From assembly GCA_036172245.1 (NCBI GenBank), contig JAYWIR010000018.1, positions 1,364,001 to 1,428,000 on the forward strand: a stretch of DNA of 64,000 nucleotides, written 5' to 3'. Source of the DNA: Raillietiella orientalis. Its lineage: Eukaryota. Both the position numbers and the translations under genes were made by a program. The notes beneath the pieces are model-generated. The model worked only from the letters and a program-made list of their open reading frames with translations, ran no database searches and was not told where the DNA came from. This document shows positions 33,793 through 48,100 of this stretch, one piece after another. Within the stretch, counting starts at the first letter, position 1. Each line of letters starts with the position of its first letter.

Positions 33793-36700
33793 ATGACGGC
33801 GGCGGCGGGGACGACCCGCCGATCTTCCCGTCCACCCCCCGCGATCGGAGCTCTCCCGGTACCGCCGCTGCTACTCCCGCTACTGATACTCCCTCTGCTG
33901 CTGCTTCTTCCCGCTGCCGGGAAGACCGTCGGAGCGGCCCCCGGAGGAGCTGGAGAAGGGGGGGACGTGCACCGGAAGATCGAGTTCGAGGTTCCGGAGA
34001 ATTCGCCCGTAGGCACCCTGGTCGGGCGCGTTCCCACGAAGTCTGGGCACACGTACCGCTTCAACGAGAACCCGCGGGAGTTCCGGCTGAACGGGACGAC
34101 GGGCGAGATCGTGACTGCGGTCGAGCTGGACCGGGAGGAACTCAGGGATGACCTCTTCGACCTGGTAGTGCTGTCCAGCCGGCCGGTGTACCCGCTGGAC
34201 GTGCGCGTGCGCGTGCTTGACGTCAACGACAACGCGCCCAGCTTTCCCGAGCCTGCGATCCGCGTGTCGTTCTCGGAGACGGCCAGCGTGGGCACGAGGG
34301 TGCTCCTGGACTCGGCCTCCGATCCGGACGCCGGGAGCAACGGAGTGACCGCCGCCTACCGCATCATCGGAGGCAACGAGGACGGCAAGTTCCGCCTGGC
34401 GACCACCGCCAACCCCAGCGGCCGCTCCCCGTACCTTCACCTGGAGACCGCGGACGTGCTGGACCGCGAGTCGCGCGCCTCCTACCGCATCAACGTGTCG
34501 GCGGAGGATGGCGGCCAGCCGCCGCTCCGCGGGCACCTCCTAGTGGACGTGGAGGTGCTGGACGCCAACGACAACCCGCCCATCTTCGACCACAGCGACT
34601 ACACGGTGTCCTTGAACGGGAGCGCTGGCCCCGGGCAGGTCCTGCTACGTGTCGCTGCCACCGACAGCGACGCGGGCGACAACGCCCGGGTGACGTACTA
34701 CCTGCCCGAGGACCAGACAGACCACTTCTCCGTGGACCCCCAGACGGGAGTCATCCGCGCGGCCGGGCCGCTGGACTGCAAGCGCGCCTGCGCGGGGACC
34801 TGCCTGCGCAGCTGCGTGTTCACCGTCTTCGCGCGCGACCACGGCTCCCCCAGACAGGACGGCAGGACCTACGTCACGGTCAACCTGCCGGACACCAACG
34901 ACCACGACCCGGTCATCCGTTTCGGCTACTTCCCCCGGGGCTCCCGCTTCGCCGTCGTGGACGAAGGAGCCCAGAACGGCACCATGGTGGCCCTGGTGTC
35001 CGTGACTGACGGGGACGCGGGCAGCGCCGGGCAGACTCTGGTCGAGCTGCGGGGTGGGAACGAACGCGGGCACTTCTTCCTGGAATCCACGCCGGGCTTC
35101 AACGCGATCCGCGTGGGCGGGCCGCTGGACCGCGAGCGCGTGGGCGCATACAACCTGACGCTGGTGGCGACGGACGGAGGCTCTCCGCCACGCAGCGCCA
35201 CCGCCTCCCTGGAGATCCGCGTCAACGACGTCAATGACCACGAGCCGGCCTTTGCCAGGAGCGAGTACGCCGCAACGATTAGCGAGGGCGTGCCCGTAGG
35301 CAGTTTCGTCTGCGGCGTCCTGGCCACGGATGCCGACACGGGTATCAACGCCCGCGTCCTCTACGGGTTCGCCGGGGGCAACGAGCGCCGCTGGTTCCGG
35401 ATCGACCCGGACAGCGGGCTGGTCACAACGGCGGCTCCGCTGGACCGCGAGGCGGTGCGCGGGGGAGCCGTGGTGCTCAATATATCCGCGCGAGACGGTG
35501 GCCCCAACCCGAAGTGGGCCCACGCCAAGCTGCGGGTCCAGTTGCTGGACGAGAACGACGGGAGTCCCGAGTTCGACGAACCCCACCGTGAGGTCGTGCT
35601 GGCAGAGGGTCTGCCCCCACCGTCGGCGATCGCCACGCTGCGCGCGACCGACGGCGACCAGGGCAACAATGGGAGCGTGGACTACGTACTGCACGCGGAG
35701 ACCCAGGATCGGTACCCAGGAGTCTTCCGGGTGGAGGCCAGCACGGGACTCCTGGTCGCCAAGACGACCCTGGACCGGGAGGAGCGCGCCGCCTACGAGA
35801 TCCTGGTCGTCGCCAGGGACAGGGGCGTCCCACCCCTGTCGTCTACAGCGACGGTGCTCCTGCGGGTCTCGGACGTCAACGACAACGACCCTCGCTTCTA
35901 CCCCCGTCGTTACGCTGTCGCCCTCTCCGACCTCCGCCTAGCCCCTGGGACCTCCCTGACTCAGCTCGCAGCTACCGACCCTGACGAGGGCGACAACGCC
36001 CGCGTGCGCTTCCGCGCCGCGGGAGGCGACCTGGATCTCCTCTCAGTGGACGAGGAAACAGGAGTTGTGACCTGCCTCCGTGAGGTGGACCTCTCCGGGT
36101 CTCCCCGCAGGCTGAGGCTCGTCGTGGGAGCGCGCGACCTTGGGGGACGTGAGGCCGCTGAGAACGCCGTGGTGGAAGCGTTCCCGGTCCACGCGCCCCC
36201 CACCGTCCGCTTCGATCGGGAACAGGAGGAGTACGCGTTCTCCCTCCCGGAAGACGACGGCAAGAGCGAATCTCCCGCGGAGGTCAGGGAGGTCGGCCGG
36301 GTGACCACAGTATCCATCTCTGGGGGAGGAGGCGGCGGCGGACCTGTGGCTTTCTCGATCGTGGACGGCGATCCGGGAGAGAGGTTCTCCATCGACAGGG
36401 AGCTGGGGATCATCCGAACGGCAAAGTCCCTGGACCGGGAGTCCCAGGAGCTGCACCGCCTCGTAGTCCTGGCCGAGGACCGCGCGTCCTTCCGCCTGGC
36501 GGCAGTGCTCATCTCCGTGGAGGACATCAACGACAACGCGCCCCGCTTCCTCGGTCCCCGGGAGGCTTCGGTGGACGTGCGAGAGGACGTCGCTCCAGGA
36601 TCAGAGATCCACCGTGCGGTCGCCGTTGATCTGGACGAGGGCGACAACGCCCGCGTCTCCTTCTCCCTATTCCGGAACCCGGAGGGTCTCTTCCGCGTGG

Positions 36701-39183
36701 ACGCGCGCACGGGCGCAGTTCACGTGGAGGCTCCGTTGGCTCGGTTCGCCTCGGGGAGCCTGCTGGTGGAGATCGAGGCCGCCGACGGCGCGAGTCCACC
36801 CCTGCGCTCCCGGAAGCGCCTGGAGGTTCGCGTCCTGGACGTGAACGATCACACGCCGACGTTCCTGCAGGCCGTCCACGAGGTGTCCGTGCTGGAGTCG
36901 GAGCCCGTGAACTCCCGCTTCTTCGCCCTCACTGCCGAGGACGCCGATGCGGGCCCCAACGGGGAGACCTCCTTCCGCATCGCGGCTGGGAACGCGGAGG
37001 GACGGTTCGGGGTGTTCCCGGATGGGCACCTGTACGTGCGGAGCGCCCTGGACCGGGAAGCGGCCGACTACTACCTCCTGGCGGTGGAGGCGCGCGACAG
37101 AGGCGACCCACCGCGGAGCTCGACGGCCTCCGTCATCCTGAAGGTCGTCGACGTCAACGACAACCCGCCCGCGTTCCTCAACGCCACCTTCGAGTTCAGC
37201 GTGGACGAGAACCAGCCCCCGGGAGTATTCCTGGGAGACCTGGACGCCTCCGATGCCGACGAGGGGCGCAACTCCGACTTGGTGTTCTCCCTGGACTCCT
37301 CGACGGTGGGGGAGTCGCCGTCTTCTCCATCGTCCACAGTCGCCGCGGGACCCCTCGCTATCGACCCCCGGAGCGGCTACGTGCGCACCCTGCGCTCTTT
37401 CGACCGGGAGCAGATGCTGGCGGCCACGGGCTTGACCCACGTGGAGGTCGCTGTCGCCGTGCGCGACTGCGGGCTGCCCCCGCTGCGCGACACGGCCCGG
37501 CTGGTGGTCCACGTACTCGACGTCAACGACAACGCCCCCATGTTCATAGGCGGCCCCTACGTGGCGCAGGTGTCTGAAGACGCCTTCGCGGGACTGCCCG
37601 TGGTCCGCGTCGCCGCAGTGGACGCGGACGAAGGGGAGAACGGGGAGGTCTCCTACTTTATCTCCTCGGGGAACGAGCTGGGTCACTTCTCTCTGAACGG
37701 GATCACAGGACAGCTGGCGGTGGCTGGCTCCCTGGATAGGGAGACGGTGCCGCGCTACGACCTCATCGTCGTCGCCAAGGACGCCGGCCGGCCGACCGCG
37801 CTGTTCGCCTCCGTTCCGGTCGTCGTGCACGTCCTGGACGAGAACGACAACGTACCCGTCTTCGATCCCTTACTTCCCTTGGATATGTCGGTCCCGGAGA
37901 CCCTGGCTCCGGGGTCTGAGCTCTTGTGGCTGCGCGCCACGGACGCGGACTCCGGGATCAACGCGGAGGTGACTTTCCGCCTGACCTCCGCCGGGAGCGA
38001 ACCCTTCCGCCTGGACGCGAGGACAGGAACGCTCTTCCTGGATCGGCCCCTGGACTACGAGGCCCGCAAGCTGCACGTCCTCAACGTGACGGCCAGTGAC
38101 GGGGGATCTCCGCGAAGGACTACGGACAGGCGCGTGGTGATCCACGTGCTGGACTCCAACGACAACCCCCCGGCCTTCCCCAGCACCGCTGTGGTGCGCC
38201 AGATCGAGGAAGGCATCCCTGTGGGCACCGGCATCGTGACCGTGGTGGCGGAGGATCCCGACTCCGGGAGTAACGGGAAGGTCCGCTACTCGCTGGCTCG
38301 ACAGGAGCCCTCGGGGCTTCCGCCTCACTTCGGCGTCGACGAGCTGTCCGGCCTAGTCTTCACCGTCTCCGAGATCGACCGTGAACGCACCGAGGCTTTC
38401 CGTCTGACCGTCGTGGCCACCGACCAGGCGGACGACCCGGAGGCGCGCCTCTCCTCGGAGAAGCTGGTTACGGTCATCATCGACGATGTCAACGACAACG
38501 CGCCAGTCTTCGACTCTCCGACTGCCTGCGTCCATCCCAGTGACGACGACGGTGACGACGCGGCCTCCTTTCTCATGAGGGTCCACGCGCAGGACCGGGA
38601 CGCCGGCGCCAACGGGCTGGTCACTTACGAAATCGTCGAAGGGGACCGGGAACTCTTCTCCCTGAACCGGAGTTCCGGCGAGCTACGGGTCTCCTCCGCC
38701 GGGACGCGCGAGCAGCGCCAGCGGCGGCGGCTGCCGAGGCTGCTCCAGCGGTTGACCATCCGCGCCACCGACGAGGCTGCGCAGTCCCAGAGGAAGTCCT
38801 CCGAGTCCCACATCACGGTCATCCCCCTCGGCTCTCGCCTTCCCGGCGCGCCGTCGGAGCAGCCTCCCGTGTTCGAGCACACTGCCGGCGGAGGCGGCGC
38901 CGGATACAGCGCCACCGTGCACGAGAACGCACCCATAGGCACCAGTGTGGCGACAGTATCCGCGCGGTGGCACGGCACCCGCAAACCGACCTACTACCTG
39001 ACGTCCCTCGTGTCGGGGGGCGCTCAAGCGCCCAGCCGCTTCGCCGTAGGAGTCGAGGACGGGGTCCTGTCGACCTCGGCCCTCCTGGACAGGGAAGCTG
39101 GTGACGAGCTCTTCGAGGCCGAGGTGCATGCGGTCGTCGTCGCTCCCAACTCGGACGAGGTGATGGCCGTGGCCAAGACGAAG
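33793..39183 (+). CDS. ds: Dachsous (giant atypical cadherin), first coding exon: signal peptide plus about 16 cadherin repeats
   Basis: ATG 33793 precedes the hydrophobic signal LPVPPLLLPLLILPLLLLLPAAG. Repeated DxNDN/LDRE/AxDxG motifs, and the dachsous-typical CVFTVFARDHGSPRQDGRTYVTVNL segment. Donor AAG|GTGAGT at 39184. Confidence 0.93.
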
Positions 39184-42100
39184 GTGAGTGGTGGGTATTC
39201 GTGGGGAGGGTGGGAGTCGGTCCTGGATCCCTCCTAGACAGCCGGTGGAGAAAAAGACCTGGCCGCACGTGCGCCATTTCTCGCTGCTGATCCATCTCGA
39301 CTCTCGTGTCGCGCCCCCTTGGCTACCTTCGTGACCTTTCCCATCCCGTCTCTTTCGTCTTCCGGCAACCTCGGGAGCGGGCAGGCTCATGCCACGGTCA
39401 TCTCTTTCCCCCGGGTCAAGGACATCCTGGGCTGCTCCAGACCCTCTGGAGACGAGCCAAAACGGATCCGGAGGGCGGAGAACCAGGAAGAACTCTCGTT
39501 GCATCCTTACTGCTCCCGTTTTTCCCATTTCCTCGGAAACGCTCTTGGGTGCAGACTTCCCCTGCCCTTCTCTGGAAGAGCGTGGGCGTCTGTTCTGCCA
39601 CCGGGAGATGCGTCTCCCTCGCTGGACAGCCTCCAACCAAGGCTCACGCGAGAGCATCTCTTCCCTTCCTCGGGACGTAGGGGAAAGGATGGGTGTCTCG
39701 AGAGAACCGGCAGCACACGTGGCCTCTTCTTGCGAAGGTCTCCGCGCTCAAGAGGATGGGTGGTGTCGTAGCCTGGAGAGGTGGGAGGGGCGAAAGGGCA
39801 GTTCGCACCCGTTTCTCGTCGATTGTAGGCGGTTTTGTCGGTCGCCTCCTCTCGATGCGGCCGCAACTCGAGTGTGGAGAGCGAGGGGATGGGGTATGGT
39901 CGAGGATGCATGGAGGACGGGAGGGACCCACGGCGCGGCTCCGCCCGACCAACTTTTGTGAAGCTTGGCTATGAAGTGGGACCGGACGTTCCTCCCGGGC
40001 AGCCACCAAGACAGACCCCACAAGCTCGCCAGTAGCTGAGTGGGGGTGAGGGCAGACGTGGGGCCTTGCGCCCTTTCCTTACCCGTCACACTCGCTTCTT
40101 GCCCTGCCGTCTTCCCTTCCTACATCCTTCCTCCCGCATTTTTTTTTCTTTTTCTTCTTCCTCTTTACTTTCTTCCCTTGCCGACCTGCTGTTGCGGAGT
40201 CCCCAAAGTAGGGGGATGCCGAGTACGGAAGATGGAGACGAGGAGGAGGAGGGGGAGGCGAGGAGAAGGCGAAGATCGGCGGTCCGTTCGCGTGATGCGG
40301 GCGCGGCGCAGCCTCGACGCGCATCTCCCGACGCGCCGCCGCTGCCCATTCCGACCTGGAATGCGCGTTCTCGAATCGGAAGGAGAGAAGAGCCCGCGGG
40401 CGTCCTTTGTGAAGGAGAGGGCAGGGGAAAGAGAGAGAGAGGGAGGGAGGGAGAGCGTGCGCGGGCGGCTGAAAATGCCAGTTCCCGGGGGGATTTTTCC
40501 GACATGTCGAGAGGCGGGGGCGGGGCCGCAGGCCCGGCCGGAGCCTGGTCTCCCGGAGGCACGCACGTAATGAAAACGCGTTGATTTATGTTCCCTCCTT
40601 CCCTCCCCCCCATTCTCCCCCTCCTTTCGCTCCCCTCCCCACTGCTGCCGCCGCCTTCCTTATGTGCTTCTCTCCTTGAGGGCGGTTGCTTTCTTCCTTC
40701 TTGCCTAGCGAGGCGTAGAGGAGGGCGCTCACTGTCCGCGGCTCTTTCCTCACACACTCAGGACGCTGAGATCGGCGGTTCACCTCCCCCTCCCCCCACA
40801 AACCCCCTTTTCTTTTTTTTCTCTTGCCTTCACGTCTGTGAGCGCACCCTGCCAGCCTCTCGTGGCTGCTGCTGAGCGGGGCACGGTCGTCTCTTGGCAG
40901 TGCTGAGGGAAGGCGTGGTCGCGAAGCAGGGACGCACTCACGGGAGAATGGTGCTCGCGAGGGAGCCGGCAAACTGAAGGTCGGACGCGGACAGAGACGT
41001 CCTGCAGCTTGTCAGGCGGCCCCGGGGTCGGCCGATCCCTTCGTTGCGCTAATCCGTGCCCTCTCGCTCTCAAGGTGCGCATTCTGGGCGCGCTGCCACG
41101 AACAGGCATGCATACCCGCGCACGGTGCGCGCGCGCATTGCACAGGTCCGCGCACCTGCTTGTCTGCAGCTGGGCAACCGCGTTCGAGCATATCCGCAGT
41201 GTGTTGGCAACGCGTGAAGCGCGCACTGCGGCCTTCTGACGCGTTCTCTTGTCGAAAGGCTGCCGTTGGGAAGGCGCGTACCTGATCGGTCCCACTCGGC
41301 CTCCAGGACGCCCCACCTGAAAAATGGTGATCTGTAGGGCGGAAGGGACCCCATTCTCCCGAAGCAGGTGATTCGTGCTCTGATGTTTTTTCCCGGTGGT
41401 CCAAACTAGTTTTTTTCCTGGTCTGCGGAGGGATGCCGTTGAGTCCGTTCCACTCTCCGGTTCGTGAAGAATGTCTTTTCGAGTCTGCAGCCCATGCACG
41501 TTCCTACCTTTAGCCTGCGGAATGGGAGTGTCTCTCCACCTCCACCCCACCCGCCCATTCTTTTTCCTTCTACACGTGGCGATCTAGAGTGTGGCGTTTG
41601 ACTTAAGTCAGCCATTCCTTTCCTTCTTTTTTTTTCCGAACATTTTTTGAAAGAAAGAGGAATGTCTAATAGCGTTCCCGCGGAAGCCACGCTATTGACG
41701 ATGCTGCTCGAACATCCCTCGAGTTCTAGGGCATCGAGTTCAATCGTCAGCATCAAGCAAGTGATCTTTCTTACGGGTCCTTTTTCAAAGATCTCTTTTC
41801 TCCTCCCTCCCTGGGGTGGGATTAGGGTGATTCATCCCGTGTTCCCTTGATTGCGTAGCGTGTTGCCATCCAATTTGTGGAGGATGGCGGGTGCGTAGCT
41901 GCTGAGATGAGGAAACTGAAGGAGGGAAGCATGGAGGCTGGGCGATTGGGGTAGCCAGCAAAGGAAAAGGAGTGCAGTACGCCTTGGCTCTCCTAGGAAC
42001 GGGAAGGCCATGGTCGATTGATGCAAACTGCATGCCTTGGTTGCTGGCTCGCCGTTGCTGAGAAACCGGAGGAAGAGTGAATCATTCGATCCTCGAGTTG

Positions 42101-45100
42101 CATGTGCGGGAGGGAAGAGAGGAAAGGGGAACTGAGGCAACCGTCGCCGCCGCACGATTTCGTGCCACAAGCGGCGGCGGCGGCAGCGGTCTGCGCGGAA
42201 TGGCAACTTCGGTTTTTTTTTCGGATTGGAAGAAGGCCGCAGGTCCACTGCCGCATTTTCAAGGGAGAACGATGGACTTCCTCCTGTGGTCTCTCCCGCT
42301 GGCGCTAACCATGGGCGCGGAAAATGTCTTGTCTTCCAAGAGCCCTCTCTTGGAAGCAATCGAGCCGATGTCGTCCTCGTGAGGACACGAGGGAGAGGAT
42401 CTTCGTCGGTCGGCGAATCCGAATGCCGTTTAACAAGCTATGAGATCCTTGGCTAGGTCGGGATCTGTGATTTCTTCTGAGCCAGGGCAAAAAAAATAAA
42501 ATAAAATAGGGAAGCTTGGAGAGGGAGGGCGACCACCCAACTGCGTACGTGAAGCTATCGACCCCAAAGCTTTTACCACCGAAACGTCGTTGTCCATGCT
42601 TGATCGCCGCGATGCCCGTCGCCGTCCGGAAAACCAAATCCGAACCCAAGTGCTGACGTGTCCATGGTCTCTGGATTTTCCTCTGTTTTGTAATCGAAGA
42701 TGGTTGGTGGGTGCGCGCATTCACTCGTTCTCCTGCGACTGGGGACCGAAGCTGTAAGACAGGACCCAGGTTCAGCGGGTCCGTCCTCCTCCTCGCAATG
42801 TGGGAAGAAGGGGAACTTTGAAAGAACGACTGGAGAATCAGTTTTGGTCGTCTCTTCCCCCGACCACTTTCAGGTGACTGTTCCATAGGATGATTCTTTC
42901 TTTCTTCACGTTTTCCACGAGATCTCGTCCAGGTGGCTGTCATTTCATCCCAGAAGAAAATCGTTTCCTTCCTCCTCTGTTTTCTCCTGTTTGAAGCAGT
43001 CGCGCAGAACTTTTCGACAGGGATCTTCCTAGTCGAAAGCGGCAAAAAACCTGAAGCCGATAGGGATCTTCCCAGTCGTCTTCAGGTTCTTTGCCACTCC
43101 ATTCTTGAGGGAGAACAGGAAGCGGAACAGGATGCCTCAGAAACAGAATCCCTTGTCTTCCTAAGTACTTTCTTGTGGAAGCTGATTCCCGTGAGCGACC
43201 ACAGCAGACAACGCTTCGAGGAGGTTAGAATTCTCGGGATCTGCCTATCGGGATTGATCGGTGTCTTCCCTTCTTTGGCTGGTTTTCTGGCGGTCTTGAG
43301 GGAGAGCGGAAGAGGAAGAAGATAGCTATCCTCACCCACTTGAGGATGTAAGGACGACTCGTGCGGGTTCTCCCACTTGTCCTTTCTTTTTTCTCGTGGA
43401 CAACGGACTCCTTTTTGATGCTGTCCGACTGCTCCCGAATGCCTGGACCACAAACTTGGGAGTGCCGATCCCCCCCCCCTTTCTTTTGTTTCTTGTTCTC
43501 CATCTCTATATCTTGTTCCTTGTTATGTTCGTCCACCTGAGAGAACTGCTGCTTACCATCCAATACTCGGTGGTTGTCATTGATCTGGGAAAATGGCCGT
43601 AGGCGGAGGAGATTGATGCAGGTGACATCTTTGAGGTTTCCGAAGAGAAAAGCACTTAGTGATCAAAAGATGTAACTTCGAAGGAAGGGAAGAAATACAT
43701 ACATGGGTACTGGGGATGGAACTCACTCTTCGAAACTTCTTTCCATCGTTTGAGAAAAGCCGCCTTCGGATCTTGGTTTGATTGCTGGCTGTTTTCGAAA
43801 AACATGTTTGTTTTCCTCTAGTCCCATTGTTTTTTCTTCTTCTCCTGCTGCTGTATGTTTTTCATCGTTTTCGGGAGATTCCGTAAAGCGTTTTTTTTTT
43901 CCCTCCCTTTTTTGTTTTTTTTTCCTTCTTTTCTTTCCTTTTTTTTTTTCTTCTTTTTTTTTTTTTTTTGCCAAACGCGTCAAGATGAAAGACAAGAGGT
44001 TTCATTCCGGACACAGGGAGTGGTCTTCGATTCTGGGTGCGAAGGGTGGTATCTCTTTCGAGTTTTCGGGCACAGAGAGCCTTTTTTCTCTCTTTTTCCA
44101 TTTTTTTTTTCTTCTTCCTCCCGTGTGTGGGGAGAGAGCCACAGGTCGAAAGACTCAGCTTTAAGCCGCATGCAATTTAATTTTAACGGAGCATGGAAAA
44201 CGGATTCTCTTCGAAACCTTTCGATTTCCACGCTTCGGATTGTGCGATGAAAATCTGCGTATCATCATTTGGAGATGGATGGCTCGAGTCGCATCCCACG
44301 AAGCTGCACAGCACAGTGAACGGAAGTTTCCGCTCTGCTAGTGATCTGATTGTGATGCATTTCGAAGAGCTCGCAGGAAGTGCCTCTGCCCTCAGCCATG
44401 CTGCGCATGGTACACACGGATGCACGGAACTTGAAGGCAAGGAAGAATCCACGGAAACTTCGTTGGGGGTGACTTGAAGCAGTGCACCGTAGAGTTCCAC
44501 TCGCTTCTTACTGAGAACGTGGCCGCTGAGCATCAATATTTACAGATGCCTTTGAAATAGTGCACTTCGCCTGGCTTCATCGTCGTTGCCCTAGGTGCAC
44601 CGTAAGCATTAGCAACGGAAGGTTCGTGGTTGTTTTTGTCGCCGTGAGCCTGACCGCTGAGCTTACGCTTATGTACATAAGCCTGAGCTCAGTGCAAGAG
44701 TAAATATAAATAGGTTTCTGGTAATACATTGGTGACCGAGAAGCACGCGATTATGCGAAGTGCGCTCGTTGAATTTCAAAAGGTGTTTCCCTCTCCTGGA
44801 AATTTTCCGGATTTCTGGTGATCCGCAAGCTGTTTAGCGTTAATTTCCGTATTACTCAAGCTGAAATACAGTGGTGTGTGTGCGGTCACGCAATCCTCAT
44901 TTGGATTATCATTAGTATTAATTCAGCTCGCATGCACAGATCGGAGTACCAGAGGATAAAGCACTCTTCTCCGGTGCTTCATTCAGGGGATCTCGTCAGA
45001 TAATTAAGCATTCCATAAGTCGTGTTGGGTGTGCAGCCGCACATGTTTGCCTCTTTTTCTCTCACCGTGAATCAAAGAAGAGATCCCGCGCAACTTTCGC

Positions 45101-48100
45101 TTGCATCAGGGTCTCACTGTGAGATCCGAGTTAGGGCGCCCGAGATGCGTTGGTGCACAGGTCATGCTTTGCTACGAGAGGAAACTGAATAGGACCCCTC
45201 CCTCATCCCTTTTTGCTCTCGAGCGCGTTGGAGACCCTCAAGTTCGTGAGTGAGCTTCCCGTTTCTTGGACCCTCGCCTTCTTCGACCTGAGAGGCTTTT
45301 CCCAGGTCCGCCTCCCGTTGACCGGGGAATGCAGTTCTGTTACGTGCAGGGTGACCGCTGTTTTCGCTTTCGGATATTTTCCTGAGTTTGACCGCGCTGC
45401 CTGCTGCTGATGGTTGCGAAAGCTCTCTCAGCGTGCACCTTTCCTTCATTGCCGCGGCTGCCCAGTAGTCCTGTGGATTACTCCACGTTCGGAGCGTCGT
45501 CTGCTTTCTAGTGATGGCCTAGAATTTAAGAACAGAGCATTCCTTTCGGCTCGTTCGCCGGATCAAATACGGCATTCTCGAGCGCGCATGGGAAGGAAGC
45601 CGGGATGTAGGGTGGTGGGCTCAGCCGTTATCAGTGAAAAGGAATCTCAGGAGGAAGGAAAGGGTTACTATTTTCCTTCTCCTCCTTGTGCGCCTGCAGG
45701 CACTACCGCTACCGCGATTATAGCTTGCTTCGTTTTTGTCCCTCCTTTCATCCCATTCTCGCGAGTTCACGAAGATGAAAGAAAGGCGTGTGGCGCACTG
45801 GACCACGGTCTGATGCTTACGGAGCGAGGTAATCCGAAAAGTTTTCGCTTTCGCCCTTCTTGCATGTGCACCGTCGACGACACAAGCGCGGTCACCACAG
45901 CTGAGAACATTCGCGGCGGGTCCGCTCTCAGCAGCAGCCGACCTCGTCACACCCTCGCGCGAGCGCACCTACGTCTCTTGACGCTTTCAGAGGCAGCAGC
46001 GGCAAGGTGCTCCTCGGAATCCTCGAAAAATTTTTCCCTTTTGCTTGCGGGAAGGGAGGAAAGTCAACGTCTCCCCCCCCCCTTTTTTCCCGCCCCCTCC
46101 TTCTCCTTTTTATCTTGCGAGATCGCGGGTGCTTAGGCCGTCTATCAGCCACCATCATCGCCCCTCGTCCTCGCCTTGAAGCCATAGCACGGCGACCGGT
46201 GGCGTCTCCAGCGAGAGGGAGGAAAACACGGCGTACTCCCAGCCGGCACGCACCGCCTTTCGCTTTCTTCCGGAGCTCCGGGCCGCAAGATCGTGCGTCG
46301 AGGAGAGAGAGCAACTTCTTCCCTCACCTCCGATTTTTTTTCTTTTTTTCCCCCTTTCCTTTCTTGGTCTCCCTCCGTGTTTCTCGGTCAAACATACTCT
46401 CTGGCGAGAGCTTAACCAGCGTGGCAGCTGCAGGGTCTGTGTGGTACTCGCCGACCTAGCCACCGTTGCTGCTGCCGCCGCCCACATGCAAGCGGTTCCC
46501 TCCGCAGGCATCTGCCCTATGCCGTTCGCATGTGAGCACGTTCGCGTGTGTTGCTGGCTGACCTCTTAGAACTCACGCATGCGCATCCGAGCGCAAGCAC
46601 GGTAGAGGTAGACGGCACGGCAGACCTCCCCTTCCCCAGACGCCGATCGCGTATCCCGCCAGCATCTCAACAACCCCTTCAGCGGCTTGTACGGAGTTGC
46701 ACACCGTCATCTTTTTTCCCTCTTGAGCACAGACAACGAACCTCTTGCAAGAAGAGGGAGCAGAGCAGTCGCGGCTCTTTTCAGTCTCGATTTCCCGAGG
46801 TCAGTCGCTCCGAATTCCTGTTCCCTAACAGCTCCTTGTCTCAGCGTTTTTCCTGGATACTCATCATCCCATTTATTTCAAGTCGTCCGTCTCGCGCACG
46901 TGGATCTACTGGGCGGTGCCTTCGATCGTCGTCACTCGGCAGAAGCGATCTCCTCCTTCGGGTCTCCTGAGAAAGCGTGCTGAGAATTGTTTCGTGAGCC
47001 AGATGGATCTGTGCTGAATCGGGTGGCTCAGACTGCAGTCTTCTTCCCTTCCTAGCCTCCTCCCCCACCTCCCTTTGTCGGAGGTGTAGGCCAGAACAGT
47101 CTCCCGTAATCTCCACGTTAGGCGGTACTTGACAACGAGGAGGAGAAGACAGAAGAGAGGCGGAGGGATGCTGCACCTCCCGCGCTAAAGGTGGTTATAG
47201 CGGCTGGGAATTTCGGTCCGGCGTCTTTTGTAGCGAAGGGCAGACGAGAGACGGGAGGGCGTTGTCTTCTGAATCGTCGGGAGGAAAAAAAGAAGAGCAG
47301 AGAACACGCCGTGTGCCTCCTCCCCGGCTTCTTTGAAACACGAAGGGATGGCCACTCGAGACAAGCCAGCTTCTTTGCTGCTTCTTGCCTCGTCGCCGTG
47401 CAAAGAAGATTCTCGAATGTGTTGCTGGATGACCTCTTAGAGCTCCCGCGTGAGCCATCCGAGCTTCTCTTGAGCGCGCCGACTTTGCGAGTGAGGGTGC
47501 TGAGAGGCGCAGCGTCGCTCAAGAGCTCCGGGAGGCGGTGAAACGAAAGGATGCTGGGAATCCAGGATGAGACAGCTGGGACAAAAAGACGAAGGGGGAT
47601 GAGAAGTGCTCTTTTCTGTACAAGCGGGCAGCCAGACTCCTCGGGGGAAGGGAGGCGATGGTCGCCGCCTTCACGCTCGTCGGGGTCCGCTTCCTCGATC
47701 AGAAGAAGGACGGTCCCTTGGTGAACGCAGGAAGAGAAGATCAGGCGAACAGTGAATGAAAAAAGCCCCTCGCGGGTGGAGCTGAGGTCCCGGAGGCAAC
47801 AACCAGGAGGAGATGAAACAGGAAGCGTTCCCTGCGAGGCAGAGGTCAGCTCCTTCTGCTCGCCACCCCCATCTCTAAGGGAGGGTGCTTTCCTTCGGTG
47901 CCTGAGGAAATTTTGAGGGGGTGAAAGGGGGTGAAGAAGATGGATGCAGAGCCTCCGTGCTCCATCTTCCGTCCACGGTGGAGGACGTGCTTGCGAGGAT
48001 TCCGAGAAGCTTCGAGCTGCCACCTCCACGGGAGAGGAGGAAGTGGAGAAGAAAATCGGATCTGTCCGGGGAGATGGGGGACGGAAACAACTGGTCACCA

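Noticed and set aside
33753..39657. Many long minus-strand and alternate-frame ORFs (e.g. 349, 387, 324 aa) over the ds exon
   Set aside because: Shadow ORFs caused by the extreme GC3 bias of the real cadherin frame; no domain motifs.
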